Shown here: one piece after another, positions 45,111 to 58,169 of the stretch
Layout of the letters: each line of letters begins with the position of its first letter
Position numbering within the stretch: the first letter of the stretch is position 1
Source of the DNA: Antechinus flavipes
Lineage: Eukaryota
Length of the DNA: 64,000 bases
Reading direction: 5' to 3'
Assembly (NCBI RefSeq): GCF_016432865.1
Contig: NC_067399.1
Coordinates: forward strand, 678,590,001 to 678,654,000
The notes under the pieces: generated by a model
Seen by the model: the letters and a program-made list of their open reading frames with translations, nothing else
Databases searched by the model: none
What the model was told of the DNA's origin: nothing
Translations under genes and position numbers: made by a program

Positions 45111-47689
45111 CTCAACCCTAGCTGTCCCTCTTACGCTCTCCCCTCCCCCCCAAAGAACATGCATCTTTAAAGTGACTGGCTAATGCGAAGGTTTCTCACC
45201 CCGGCTCCCCAGCTGGATTTAGGATGCCCTGAAGGCAGACCGTGGCCCGGAGCTGCCTCTTTGGGCAGACCCAGAGGAGGGGGCGCCCCCCCTTGCTTCT
45301 GCCAGGGGAGGCTGGGCTTCTCTGCAGTTCATCTCCAGTATTTGTTTCTCCTTCATTTCCATGACAATGCCCGGCGGCGCCCGGGGGCCCTCCCGGCATG
45401 ATTGGCTGCCTCGGCTCGGCCCCTCACTGTTAATCTTTCTAAATGATTTTCCGAGGTTTGCACCTCAAATCAGGATGTGTTTGTGGCTGGGCTTCAGGGA
45501 GCAGCAGGGTCCGAGGGGGGCCGGGCTTGTTCCCGCTGACATCTGCTGCAGGGAAGAGGGGAATTGCCCTGAGTGCTTTTCACTGAATTTTCAAAAGCAC
45601 TTTCAGATGCTATTTCTGAAGGGTTCCTCTTCCCAGTAGCTAGCCCGGCTGGGGCCTCTCTGGCCTGACTAAGGCCTGTTCCTACCATCCACTCGCTGTG
45701 GGCATTGGAGCAGGACGCTCGCACCCGGATGTCCTGATGTGCGAAAATGAGTGAGCAAGTTACTGTCCTGTGCAAAGAAGAAAAACATGGATAACCTAAT
45801 CACAGCTGACATTTAGAGAAAGCTTTAAGCCTTGTGAAGTGCACTTGGGAGGTAGAAGCGATTATTATCCCCATTTTACAGATGAGAAGACACTTGAAAG
45901 CTTTTGTGACTTGCCCAATATCATTATTATTATTATCAAGTACTTTGATTCTTTTTTTTTTTTGCTTTCCAAAATTATTTTGAGGAAAAATGATCTCTGG
46001 ATTTTGGGATTCAAAGGACTTGGGTTGAATTTCCCTGCTTTTTTGCTTCCTCTTTGATAAGCACATCCCTCAGTTTTTAAATGAGATGACATATATATAT
46101 ATATACATACATACATATACATACACACAGACAGACACACACATATATTAATATATTAAACAAAGTTCAGTTATTATTTTAAATAAGTTTTTTAAAGTCC
46201 TTTTAAATATAAAGGAATAAGTGAGAGCTACACATAATCTTCCTTTTTGAGGAAAGAGTTTTACATCGTTCTGAATTTTCTGTTTCATTTGTATCCTTTC
46301 CTATTTTGAGTAAGTGCATTGTTTTTGGAGGTGGGTGGGAGTGGGATGTGATATTTTTTAGGTTTTCTTTAATTTCAGAATCTGGTACTTCGATACAACA
46401 TGTACAGGGCCATCTTAGAACACGTATAAGTATGGGCATTTTGAAAAAGTCATGTTAATTCATGTTAACAAGTGGATTTTTTTTTAGTAGGGGAACACTT
46501 GTTGCATCTTTCTAGTAGTAATGAGATGCTGGCCTGAGTGACCAAATCCTTCCATACCAACAAGTGTGAGGCTGTGTACTCAGAGGGCTCCAGCAATGAG
46601 CTCCGGGCTCCTATTTATTTGGATGACAAATGTGTCAATAATGGGGGAAAGATGGCGTGTATTATTTAAAGCTGCAGGAATCTGTGTGACAGAGATACCG
46701 CCTTTGCCCAACGAGTCTCTCCAGGCTTGCTCAGTCCCCGCCATTTGCCTGTTAGGCCTGGGTGGAGAGCCAGCCCGGGAGCTGCCAATGCTCACAGACT
46801 GGATTCAGGATGTAAGTGGGAGCAGCCAGAGAGCGGAGAACTGGCTCCGTCACCAGTAGAAATCACCTGGTGTCCGCCGGCTGGAGCCTTTGGTGGGACT
46901 GCCTCGAGGACTGGCATACGGGCAGCCTGAGCCCTCTGGGACGCCTGGCGGGCTCTCCTCTGCCCGGAGAACTGGTTCTGCTGCTCCGTTTCCTGAAGGC
47001 TCCAGCCCCGAGTCTGTGCTCTGTTTTGTTTTTCTGAAGGGATGTCAAGGCTGGCAACTTGGGCTCTGCAGTGATCCAGCTTGTGTTACCAGGGAGATTC
47101 CGATGCCTGGATTAAGATCTGGAACCTGGGAAATGGGGCGGGATGCTCGCCTTCATCCACAAGTGGATCATTTTGTATTCTTTGTATATTGATGTAAAAG
47201 TGGACCCATCTCCTATTTTGGCCATTTGGTGCTTTGAAAGGGATAAAGACACATATGGGACTAAGCAGAAAGGATGCACGTCCCAGGCAAAGACAGGGCC
47301 TCCTTTCCTAGCAGTTTGCTTCCATGGGACCAACGGAAGACCCTGGAATTAAGAAGTAGGCAGCCCTGAAAGCGAGATTTTTGTGGCCATTCTGGTCACG
47401 GCCTCTCCTGCGTTGGGAGGGATTTGGTCAGCGTACCGGCTGATCACTCAGAGTTTAAGTAAAGCTTTTCACGGAGAAGGCTCAGCCCCGGAGCAGGAGG
47501 GTTAGTCTGGGGGAAGACTTCTGACGGAAGAGAGGGTTGGCACTTTTTCATTTTTATATTCCCTGCACCTAACCCAGGGTCAATAGACGCTCCATACATT
47601 TGAGTTGATGGATTGTTGATTGAGTGGTTTCCTCCATACAAATAGGGAATCTGGGAACGGGGCCAGATTGTATATTTTTGGGAAGATGC

Positions 47690-48340
47690 CAGGTGTGGTT
47701 TTTAACATGTAGAATTTGAGGGGCCTTTGGATGTTCCAGTTGGGACTTCTAATCGCTGGGGATGTCTATATCATAGCTATGGGGAGAGACTGGGGCTGGA
47801 TGGGTAGATCTGAGAGCAATCTGAGCAGAAGTCATCACTGGGGCTGTGGTAGTGTCTGGGGTCACCAAGGGAAGGAATAGAGAAAGGGAAGAGAAGGGAG
47901 CTGAGGAATGAGTTTTGGAGAGACCCACATTTAGAGGGTGGAGAAGGAAGTGAAATGGGAGAAGAAGGAAACCAAAAGAAAGAGAAAGTGTTGGGGAGGA
48001 AAAGTGCTGGAAAGTCACTGGTGAAGTCAAGGAGAATGTTAAATAGTAGAATACTTCAGCAGAAGAAGAGTATCTTTGGAAATACCCGATTCTGGGGCAG
48101 CTAGGTGGTGGAGTGGATAGAGCACCTGCCCTGAAGTCAGAAGGACCTGAGTTCTAATCCACCCTTAGACACTTAATACTTCTAGCTGTGTGACCCTGGG
48201 AAGTCACTTAACCCCAATTGACTCAGCAAAAAAAAAAAAAAAAAAAAGGAAATACCCATTTCAGCCAATGGGCTGAGGATGAAGGTGAGATTGTGAGGGG
48301 GAAGGGCTGTGAAGATGCCAGTTATATCACAGGGTGATGA
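47690..48340 (-). mobile_element. L2 fragment interrupted by WSINE1
   Basis: ggctggatgggtagatctgagag...gtcaccaaggga...gagaagggagctgagga...cccacatttagaggg is the antisense L2 pattern. Confidence 0.7.
48094..48247 (+). mobile_element. Full-length WSINE1 with polyA and TSD
   Basis: ggggcagctaggtggtggagtggatagagc...gagttctaatcc...cacttaaccccaattgactcagc(A)n; GGAAATACCC repeated at 48,078-48,087 and 48,248-48,257. Confidence 0.93.
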
Positions 48341-49682
48341 TATCTTGACTTGGTGGATTTGTGCAAAATCCTCAGTCTCATTTTCTCTTCCACTTCACTG
48401 AAGTTCAATGGTGAGACAAGAGCCAAGATCTGGCTTGGCGAGGGCCCGGGATGCAGGGGGTGACCACCCTGCAGAGCCGGCTCCAGTTGCCTTCATGGCT
48501 GTGGGAACAAATTGCTCTCATCCATCCAGTCTGCCAAGGGAAGCCTTCCCATGCTTGGGAGAGACATCCCCTGACTCACTGATGGGTTTGTGGGCCAGTG
48601 GTTACCCTCAGTCTGGTCTAGCTGTCTGATGAGTTCGTTTTGCCAGTGTGCAGGCTCCACTTCTCGAGCCACAGGCTGAGTGAGAGACGGTGGATGAGCG
48701 GCCCTGAAAATGGCTCAGCGATTCCTTCCCCCAGCGGTGCTGGTGCCCCGGGCTCCCAAAGTGCCAAATCAGGAACAGGCAAAGAATATCTTAGAAATTT
48801 GGCTGGGGCAGAATGTTAAGGGCAGGTCAGTTCTCCGAGAGCCTCCCCAGCTATGGATCATAATGTCTGAAAGAGCTGTGGGGCAGCCTTCGCCGACACA
48901 GGTGTTCCTTGTGGACTGGGAATGAGATAAATTGGAGGCAGAGGGAAGAGGAGGGAGGTCAGAGAACACAACAGTCTCTCAATGGAAAGGTCAGAGAACA
49001 GCAACGACCTCTCAGTCTCCTTGTGTCATCTTCTCACATGAAGAGCTCCCTTCTGGCTTGGATCTCCAGCAGCCACTGGCAGTGGCTCCCGTGTGCCAAC
49101 AGCAAAACGAGAGGTTTGTAGCTCGAGTCGGGAACAAGCATTTACTAACATGTACCAGGGGTCGGGCACCATGTTAAGTCCTTTACAAATATCTCACTTC
49201 ATCTGAAGGGAGAATGGCATCAAAGGGTGCTCCACTTGGGGTCTCTTTTCATGTACTTATTTATTTTTGATTAGGGGAGATTTGTTTGTAGGCAAAAGGA
49301 AAAGGGTCAGTAGAGATGGAGGGATGATGAATAAAGCTTATTTAGGTGCCAGCTTCTTACAATACTGTTAGGATTTAAATGCTCACAAACTCATAAATGA
49401 CTTTTTCCCATGAGCCACATGGTTTTGTTCTAAGGGGCTATTTCTTAAAGTGAGAAAATCTTCTCCAAGGGAGCAGCTCTGAATTTCCTCCATTTTTCTC
49501 CTGCTGCAGGCTCGACCCCCTGGTAATGAACTTATTGGGCTTCAAGGGGAAAGACACCAGGCTTTTCTTGTCAAATGACCGGAGTTTAGGCTGATGATGT
49601 TCTAGGCAAAGCACAATTTTAAAAGATTGGAAATGATGTCTAAGTTAAAAACAATTTTTCTTGTAAAACAGATTGTTTTAAG

Positions 49683-49844
49683 AGTGTGTGTGTGTGTGTG
49701 CGTGCGTGTGTGTGTATGTGTGTGTGTGTTATTGGCAGGGGGTCTTTGGAGATGGCAGAGATGTTCTTTGGCGCAGGAGACTGACATGTGTGTTTTCTTA
49801 CCTGGATCTACAGAACTATGGTGTTGTTGTTGTTGTTGTTGTTG
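49683..49844. repeat. (GT)n and (GTT)n microsatellites
   Basis: Imperfect (GT)n at about 49,683-49,729; (GTT)n at about 49,821-49,844. Confidence 0.9.
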
Positions 49845-50464
49845 TTTTCTATTTTTGGACCAAACTCACGATTTTATTAATGTGAAGGAAACTCTGTTAG
49901 GATGGAGACTCACCTGCTTTTTCACGTACAATCTTATCAAGTTGCCAGGAGCACTGAATGGTCAGGTTACCTGCCCAGGATCATAGAGTCAATATATTTG
50001 TCAAAGAAAGCACTGCCACCCAAGTTCTTCTGATTCTGAGATCAGCTGTCCCACTACTTTACCAGGGAGCCTTTCTTACCCTGTTGGCACCTGGCTCCCC
50101 GGGAATAGCGCTGGCCGGCTCTAGCATAACCTGGTGAAAAGTCACTTCCTTAATCTGGCCTCATGTGCCAAAGGGAGGATGGTGTACTTGTTGATTCTGC
50201 TTCAGACACTGTTGGTGAGGACTGAGTGAGAGCCTGCCCACTTGGTGCCTTGCCAGCCTTGAAGGGCGAGCGAGTCATTGGCTATGAGAGAGATATTCCT
50301 TTCCAGCTTCTTTCCTCTCCTTACCCTAGATAGCTTCTCAACTACAAAAGCTCTTTGCATTTTATGAGTCCAGCCAAGTCAAGTCAGCAGGCACTTATTA
50401 AGCACCTACTATGTGCCAAGAGTCTCTACCTTCTGGATGCCACCGGCTCAGCCTATTCCCACCT

Positions 50465-50792
50465 CCTTCCAACCCCTGAAGACCCAGGCCATCACAGAGG
50501 AACTTCCTTCCAACCCCTGAAGGCCCAGGCCATCCCAGAGGAACTTCCTTCCAACCCCTAAAGGCCCAGGCCATCCCAGAGGAACTTCCTTCCAACCCCT
50601 GAAGGCCCAGGCCATCCCAGAGGAACTTCCTTCCAACCCCTGAAGGCCCAGGCCATCCCAGAGGAACTTCCTTCCAACTCCTGAAGGCCCAGGCCATCCC
50701 AGAGGAACTTCCTTCCAACCCCTGAAGGCCCAGGCCATCCCAGAGGAACTTCCTTCCAACCCCTGAAGGCCCAGGCCATCCCAGAGGAACTT
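50465..50792 (+). repeat. 41-bp minisatellite, 8 near-identical units
   Basis: CCTTCCAACCCCTGAAGGCCCAGGCCATCCCAGAGGAACTT x8, with about 4 substitutions in total. Confidence 0.98.
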
Positions 50793-50954
50793 TAGGTGGG
50801 TAGGAAGCTGAATAACACTCATGGCAATTTCAAGGGCTCTATGCCTCTGCACCTGCTATTTTGTGTCTTTCCAATAGATTTATAATTATTTCTTTCAGGA
50901 TTCTCTCATTGTTTCTGCATAATAGCAGGCTGGAACTTCCCTTGACAGTATGTG

Positions 50955-51198
50955 AGCAACTAGGTAGTACAGTGGATTGAGTGCTGGCTCTGAGTCAGGA
51001 AGGCTCCTCTTCCTGGGTTCAAATCCAGCCTCAGACACGTAGTAACCGTATGACTCTGGACAAGTCACTTCACCCTTTTTGTCTTAGTTTCTTCATATAT
51101 AAAATGAGCTGGAGACAAAAAACATGGCAAAATGCTCTATCTTTGCAAAGAAAATCCTAAATGGGGTCATGAAGAGACAGATGTGACTGAACAACAAA
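50955..51198 (+). mobile_element. MAR1-type marsupial SINE (near full length)
   Basis: tRNA-like head (gggttcaaatccagcctcagac), CORE, then RTE-like tail (tatctttgcaaagaaaatcctaaatggggtcatgaagag...gactgaacaacaa). Confidence 0.85.
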
Positions 51199-52121
51199 AG
51201 AATAACAATGACATCCTTTAATATGCTTTTTGCAAGTAAAAGTCTGCCAGACAGACTTGTCTGTACCAAAAATAAAAATCTGTTGGACACACGGTGCTCA
51301 TGGACAGTGAACTGAGCCCAGACTGGAAGAGGAACAGAAAAGATTGGGTTATTTTTGATAAACTGCCCAGAGAGTTCTAGACTCAGAATAAGCAAGATTT
51401 AGGCTAAATCCCAACTTCTCCATTGACTTTGCAACTTTAAGGATCTCAGGTCCCTCATCTGCAAAACAGAAATAACAAAACTTGTTAGCGTCTTCCTTCT
51501 GAAATTGTCTCCCATAGACCTCTTGTCCTTCTGTTTGTCTGTACCTTCTCTCCCATTTCATCTCCCCCATTAGACTGCCTACTCTTTGAGAACAAGGACT
51601 TTCTTTTGCCCGTCTTTGGATCTGTAACCTTTCATTCTACACCTGGCACACAGTAAGTGCTTAATAAATGCAGGTTGCCTGATTGTCTCTTGAGGCTCCT
51701 GTGAGGAGAGAGCCCAGCCAGCCTCAAAGGTCCATCAAGATGAGATTATTTTTCCACCGTAGATATTGTGCATCTGCCTCCTCCCCACTCTGCCTCCTGG
51801 GGGGCAGGGACTGCACAATTCATGCTTTTAACTCTCCCAGGCTCCCACTTAGCAGATGGGCTTTCAAAAAATGATTAAAACAGGAGCAACCCGAGATGCC
51901 CACCTCAACTCGAGGGTGAATGTTCTTAAAATGCGGGCTCCTTGACACATGGAATGCTTTAGGAGAATAGACTTGTAAAATGTGAGAACATTAAAAAAAT
52001 GCCTCCGGGTGCTATGATTTATGTGGAAAGCTTAGCAGAATATATGAAGTTTTAATTAATATGGAGGCTCCCCAGTTTGACACTAAATTTATTTTTGGTA
52101 GGTATATGTGCACGCATGCGT

Positions 52122-52122
<1 letters not shown>

Positions 52123-52156
<34 letters not shown>
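52123..52156. repeat. (CA)n microsatellite
   Basis: Directly visible. Confidence 0.95.
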
Positions 52157-52159
<3 letters not shown>

Positions 52160-54989
52160 CCACTCCCAACAGGAGAGTCCCAGAATCTCGGTTGAAGGCA
52201 CGTCATAGGCCTCCTAGCACCACCTGAACGTGGACAAGCTTCTCCTCCACTCGTCCGCTGGAATCAGGTGTTTGTGGCCCCGGCTCCGGCTCTGAGTTCC
52301 AGATTCCCAGGATCCTCCCTCGTCCCCCATCCTCCACCTGCTTTGGATCTTTCTGTCTTCCAACTCCCGCTTTCTCTTGACACCCAGACCTCGGGTTTAG
52401 AGCTGGAGGCCCTCTATTCGAGCCTCTTACTTTCTAAATGAAGAACTTGAAGGCAATAGGACTCATTCAAGAGATGAAACTTGAATTCAGATCCTCAATG
52501 GTGGTGACACTATGGGCTCTTGGATTGACTGTTGTTCCCAGGGTGCATAAAGCATTTAGGAGGAACGGTGGTTTTTGGTATTTCTTCCCCATATCCTGGG
52601 GTCTCAGAAATGGTCCAGGAGGAAGATAACATGTCTTCCTGTCTGTCCAAAGAGCCCTAGACCAATGTCCTTTAGAGACCTGGCTGAAGGCTTTATGTTC
52701 CTATTATCTGTGGATCCACATTGCCATTTGTTGTCAATAGCTCGGCGCTGCCTGTGGTGATGAAGGGCGTCCGAAGGAAGTGCTTTATTTCTGTTCCATC
52801 CATTGTCACGATCTCGGGGGTTTTGGTTGGAAAACATGCCTCCCAGAACACATTTGTCTCAAAAGTTTTCTCCTAGGACAGGGTTATGATGCAAAGGTCT
52901 ATGCACTTGTTTTTAAATATTTGGACAATGTTATGCCTTTGAGGAAGTGGTTCTGAGAAGGGGCTGCAGGCTTCCCCAGTCTGTAGTTTAGGATGGATGG
53001 TGAATGATGCATCATGGGCGTGCATGAGCGGCTGGCAAAGTCCTGTCCAGCAGAACTGTTGACGGGCTCTTTAACCGAGCCCTTCCCGTGTGAGCTCCTC
53101 TCCTCTTGTAGATAAGATGCAAAATCTGTATGGGTTTGGGGCTGCCCCTTGCTCCCGAGAGGGTCTGTGGGGGCATTTGCCGAAGCGCTTCGTGGCTGGA
53201 GCGCTATTTCCCTCAGCCTGGGGCTGGCACAAGACGGGGCCCGGGGGCTGCCCACCCGCCCATCATCCTGCAGATGATCTCACTGCAATGAGAGGAGCAG
53301 AGTCTCCAGAAACGGAGAGGCGACTGTCCCCCGTCTTCATCAGCCCTCCTGGGCCAGCCCTGGGCCCTTTCGCTCATTGATAAATGGGAGGCAGTCCAGA
53401 GGGAGGCAGTCCAGAGGAAGGCAGCCAGGAGGAAGGCCGTGGCTCCGTGCCTGATGGAGCCTGCTCAAAAGACCGGAGGCGGGAGACAAAAAGGGAGACA
53501 TGGCGGCTCTCCCTGGGGGCCGTGACATGGCACTGGACTTAGTCTGTTCTGTCCTAGAAGGCAGAGCTAGGAGTCATCGGCCAAGAACTTTTCCCAAGCA
53601 GAATGGGTCACTGGGGGAGGTGGGGAAGGTTGGGCGACGGGGGTTTGTGCGTTAGGGAGAGGGCTTGTTTTGGGATCCTGGTTGGCCCTCCCGTCTGCAA
53701 GTGCTAGGATGCTGTGAGTGCCGGGGGGCGGGCAGGGAGGGTGGGACGAAGGAGGCAGGAGCCGACTCGTGCGGGCACGAGTTCTTGGGCACACAACTAG
53801 GAACTCGGAAACTTATGAATTAATTAATGTAGCGTGCCATGAGAAGCTGTCAGGCTGCAGGGATGCAGCCGTTGGTTTTTACAGCTTCTTTTGGAAAATA
53901 ATGCCCCGAACTGATTGCATTATCATCATTATGCCTTATTAGAATTTTAGAAGGAAAAATGCCCAGNNNNNNNNNNNNNNNNNNNNNNNNNNNNNNNNNN
54001 NNNNNNNNNNNNNNNNNNNNNNNNNNNNNNNNNNNNNNNNNNNNNNNNNNNNNNNNNNNNNNNNNNNNNNNNNNNNNNNNNNNNNNNNNNNNNNNNNNNN
54101 NNNNNNNNNNNNNNNNNNNNNNNNNNNNNNNNNNNNNNNNNNNNNNNNNNNNNNNNNNNNNNNNNTCTGTAAGAAAGTGTGCGCGTGTGTGAGTGTGCGT
54201 GCGTGTGTGTGTATATGCTGGAGCTGGGAGTCAGAATTCACCCTCTCCAGCAGACCCAAGGGTCTGCGTCCAACAACTGATTCACAACAGCTGCCTGCCC
54301 TATAGAGAAGCGGGGGACTGGGGTCCTGACCCTGCTCCCTGCATCCGACCACACAAGGCCGGGGTTTCTCCCTGCCTTCACCCGTCTGTCTGAGCACTTT
54401 AACAGAGTGTTTCTCAGCCGGCTCTACCCCAAGAGATCCTGTTTGGGCCTTGAGGTTCTGCTGAACAACCGAGGACACTTGGGGGTGACCTGGTGAGGGG
54501 GGTCCATGGGCACTCTCCAGTCGGAACAAGCGGTCTTGGGTCCGCTGGCACGGGGGGTCCGTTTGGGCCTATTGGGTGGCGAGGCAGCTCTGGAGGCCCA
54601 AGAGTCGGGGGCAATATCTGACTTTTCACTTAGCTCTGGTCACCTTGGGCAAGGGCCTTCATCGCTGGCCACGCTTTTGTCCCCTCCGTCCCCGTCTCCG
54701 GCCGTCCGCCCTTGAGTCCCGATGCCCTCAACCGTCCGTGAGATTTCCCAGGTCCGGGAGGGCGGGCTCGGCCGTCTCTGGGCCGGGAGGGCAGCCAGCC
54801 ATCTGTTGCCCAAAGCCCCTTCCTAAGTTGGAGTCTAATTATGGACCTGCCATTCTTTGCCAATTGCTCTTTTTTCTTCCGCCTGTGCTTCTGAAAGATG
54901 GGCCCAAACAAAAAGATCCTATCTGTGCGCGGTGCTTTAATTTATTTTCACCTTTTTTTCTCCTTTGGAGACCCCCAGTGTATCCTCAC

Positions 54990-55790
54990 TTTGTTTACCA
55001 CAAATTAAAGCGGGTCTGATTGTTTACCAGCCGGGAGACCCCTGTGCATTNNNNNNNNNNNNNNNNNNNNNNNNNNNNNNNNNNNNNNNNNNNNNNNNNN
55101 NNNNNNNNNNNNNNNNNNNNNNNNNNNNNNNNNNNNNNNNNNNNNNNNNNNNNNNNNNNNNNNNNNNNNNNNNNNNNNNNNNGTGTATAGGATCCTCAGC
55201 ATTTAAATCATCCCCCTTAAATTGGGAGCAGGCCTTTCATTAGCGGGTGAGTTGGACTAAACAACAACATTTGGAGATAATCAGGGTCAAAACAATAGTC
55301 GCTGAGACAGGGCTAGAATGTCATCTTTAAATATAACAGGCGAGATAAAGGCGCCCAGATTGTGCCTTATCAAAACACAAAAAAATCAAAGCCGGCTCTT
55401 GTCTGGCGCACAAGGCGGGCTGCCCCGGCGTTCCGGGCGCTCATTGTCTGGCCCCTAGCTGGTGGCGGATTGGCATTCAGACAGGCCCCTCTAACACACA
55501 TTACATCACGTAGGGTACTTATCTCGGAGTCTGACAATAATTATCAGGAAGAATATACTCAGAATGACTTTTTTGTGCTTTTTATGCATCCCCAACACAA
55601 GGAAGGGGAGATAACGGCATTATGAGAAAGGGGAGAGTCTCGGAAGGCTCTCCCTGGAGCGGCTGCTCTTCGATTAAATTTGCAGCCCTACTCCGGAGCT
55701 GCTGCAGAACAAGGGGAGAGAAAGACGAGGAGCCTTTTATACAGGGCAATAATAGGCCCAACACAGGCCTCCCGGAAAGATAAGATCCAT
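54990..55790. promoter_or_regulatory. Candidate GATA/FOX/SOX enhancer
   Basis: Seven WGATAA sites (55,275; 55,343; 55,367; 55,519; 55,541; 55,608; 55,778), two TGTTTAC (54,992; 55,021), AACAAT (55,291). Confidence 0.6.
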
Positions 55791-56214
55791 TGTCGAGCAG
55801 ACAAAGGCCCCGGTATTAAACACCACTTGAAGAATATCTATGAGCAAAGTTTTCGATCCTCCCCCCCTTCTCAGTTTTTACTTCCTTTTTGCATCTTGAC
55901 CTGATTTCTGGGATATGGATATTAGACGAGGCTCCACAAAGGTGACTTGGCCACACCCTCGCCGTGTAAAAGGAGCCAGACATCCAGTCCGTGGACCTGA
56001 GAGAAACCAAGCTTTTCCTTCTATCCCGAGGGATGCATGGAAAGGGTTCCCAGGCTGCCCTCTTCGACTCCGTTGCTGCCCTCGTCCTTTCCCCTTCAGA
56101 AGACCAAAGAACCATAGATTTAGAGGTGGAAACGACTTTACAAATCAGGAACTTAACCCAGAATCTAGGAAAAAATTAATTAGTAATCAATATATTTATA
56201 ATATATGAAATTAA

Positions 56215-56362
56215 TAATTAACTAAAATGAATAATTGTATTTGGAAATATTTGTTTCCCTTTTGTTTTTTTGGCATTTAAAAACTGATTTGAAAATGGAC
56301 GCATGGATCTCCCCAGTGTGCCAAAGGGTCCATCATACCCAAAAAGCTTCAGAATCCGGGAT
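56215..56362. mobile_element. Degenerate hAT MITE, likely the same family as 6,178-6,350 in the opposite orientation
   Basis: ggcatttaaaaac...gccaaagggtccatc...aaaaagcttcagaatcc. Confidence 0.5.
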
Positions 56363-56668
56363 TGTGTAACTCAACCAAGTCTTTCGTCGCCTCCACAAGG
56401 TCCCGAAGGAAAGCTTTGGCAAGGCTCCCTGGGGGAGGGGAGGGAGAAGACTTTTCCATTCTGGTGAAAACAATGGCCCAGTAGTTAAGAAAATAATTTA
56501 GCCAATTTCAGATGATGAAAATTCACCGATGCTATAACCGGAAAGATTATGTCAGGAGACTCAGGTTCCAGAGAATTGAGGTAATTGTCCCACAAGGTCC
56601 CACAAGTGACCTAAAGACTGCTGGAGAAAACATGGACTGAGTAATGAGGAGCCAAAAAATAAAGGTGA

Positions 56669-56790
56669 TTTTTTTTTTCAGGCCATTGGGGTTAAGTGAC
56701 TTTCCCAGGGTCACACAGCTAGGAAGTATTAAGTGTCCGAGGGCAGATTTGAACTCGGGTCCTCCTGAGGCTGGGCATGTGATGCCCTCT
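56669..56790 (-). mobile_element. WSINE1-like SINE
   Basis: ttttttcaggccattggggttaagtgactttcccagggtcacacagctaggaagtattaagtgtccgagggcagatttgaactc. Confidence 0.85.
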
Positions 56791-57341
56791 CAGTGCCAGC
56801 AGGGAGTTCTCCCAAGTTCCAGATGATTTTCCTTCATTCTGACACAGTCTTCTCCTGAAAAGAGACTGCTTGTGGCAAACTGAACCCGATTCTGAGGAAG
56901 AATCTGAGAAGGAGCTGCCATTCGCAAAAGAAGAAGGGAGAGCTTTTGCTGTCGTCACTTCTTGGTGCTCATGACCCATCTGGTCTTTGCCTCTGACCTC
57001 TCCCAGCTGCAGATGGAGTTTTTAATCTCCTCAAACTCCAATAGGAAGGGGACCATTCAACCACACACAAGGGTGTCTGTCCGTGCCCAGCGGCTTAGAA
57101 AGCCACAGCTCAGCATTATCTGGCTCAGTGTGGTAAATATTTCCCAGTTACAGTTTACTCTGGCACTGCCTTACCCAAGGCTGATGGGCACGGTGGTCGA
57201 CACTATTGTCCCCTCTTCTCCGCCCATGGCCAGACTCATCTCCCCGGAAAGCTCGTTTTCTCACGCTTGCACCCACCTGTCCTCAAGGAGGGGAAAGAAA
57301 GTGTGCAAACATCTAGGTACACATAGGATGCACAACGGACA

Positions 57342-57503
57342 AGTGTCTTAAATTGGGGGTTGCAAACCCATATGGGGTCACAAAATTATGATTTATTAGC
57401 AGTAAATATTGATTTGTATACATTTTCTATATCTATATGCTTGGGGAGTAAAAACTTCTTGGGCAAAAAGGGGTTGCAAAGGGAAAAATTTTAAGAAGCC
57501 ATG
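57342..57503. mobile_element. Degenerate hAT-type MITE
   Basis: tcttaaattgggggttgcaaacccatatggggtc...ggggttgc...ttttaagaagcc; weak terminal inverted similarity. Confidence 0.5.
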
Positions 57504-58169
57504 ATATAGACCAAGCATTGGAGGATGACCAGAGCAAAGGCAGATTTGGGGGAACAGAGAGGTTCATCAGGAGACCACTGGGGCTGGACCGTGGAGTGTG
57601 GCACAAGGAGGCTGGAAAGGGGGGAAGGGGTCGGGGTGGGGAGGGCAGGGAGTGGAGGATGGGCTGACATGAAAGGAGGCTTGAGGCAGGAAAGCCCATC
57701 TGGAGTAGAGTCTAGGAGAGACATGAGAAGGGTCTGCACTTGGGTGCTGGAAGTGTGAGTGAGAAAAGGGAACAGATCAGAGAAAAAGACCAGTTTACAT
57801 TATTCCTCAAGCCTGGAAGGTCTTTTCCTTCCCTCCTTCAAATATTGATGTATTCTTCATCTTTCTTAATTGCCANNNNNNNNNNNNNNNNNNNNNNNNN
57901 NNNNNNNNNNNNNNNNNNNNNNNNNNNNNNNNNNNNNNNNNNNNNNNNNNNNNNNNNNNNNNNNNNNNNNNNNNNNNNNNNNNNNNNNNNNNNNNNNNNN
58001 NNNNNNNNNNNNNNNNNNNNNNNNNNNNNNNNNNNNNNNNNNNNNNNNNNNNNNNNNNNNNNNNNNNNNNNNNNNNNNNNNNNNNNNNNNNNNNNNNNCA
58101 GCTAAACCAGGGGAACAAGACTTGTGTCAGAAGACAGGGAGAAAGATTACACTGATTTGCTACTTTTGA

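Noticed and set aside
25970-48640. CTGATGA hammerhead cores (about 1,122, 25,975, 48,626)
   Set aside because: No stem II plus GAAA arrangement around any of them.
21322-50792. Marsupial Rsx lncRNA as the explanation of the repeat series
   Set aside because: The arrays here are under 0.7 kb, unrelated and dispersed, whereas Rsx has multi-kb arrays; no HPRT1/PHF6 exons recognised. Collapse in a short-read assembly cannot be fully excluded.
50398-50852. Repetitive ORFs on the minus strand of the 41-mer
   Set aside because: Direct translation of the VNTR.
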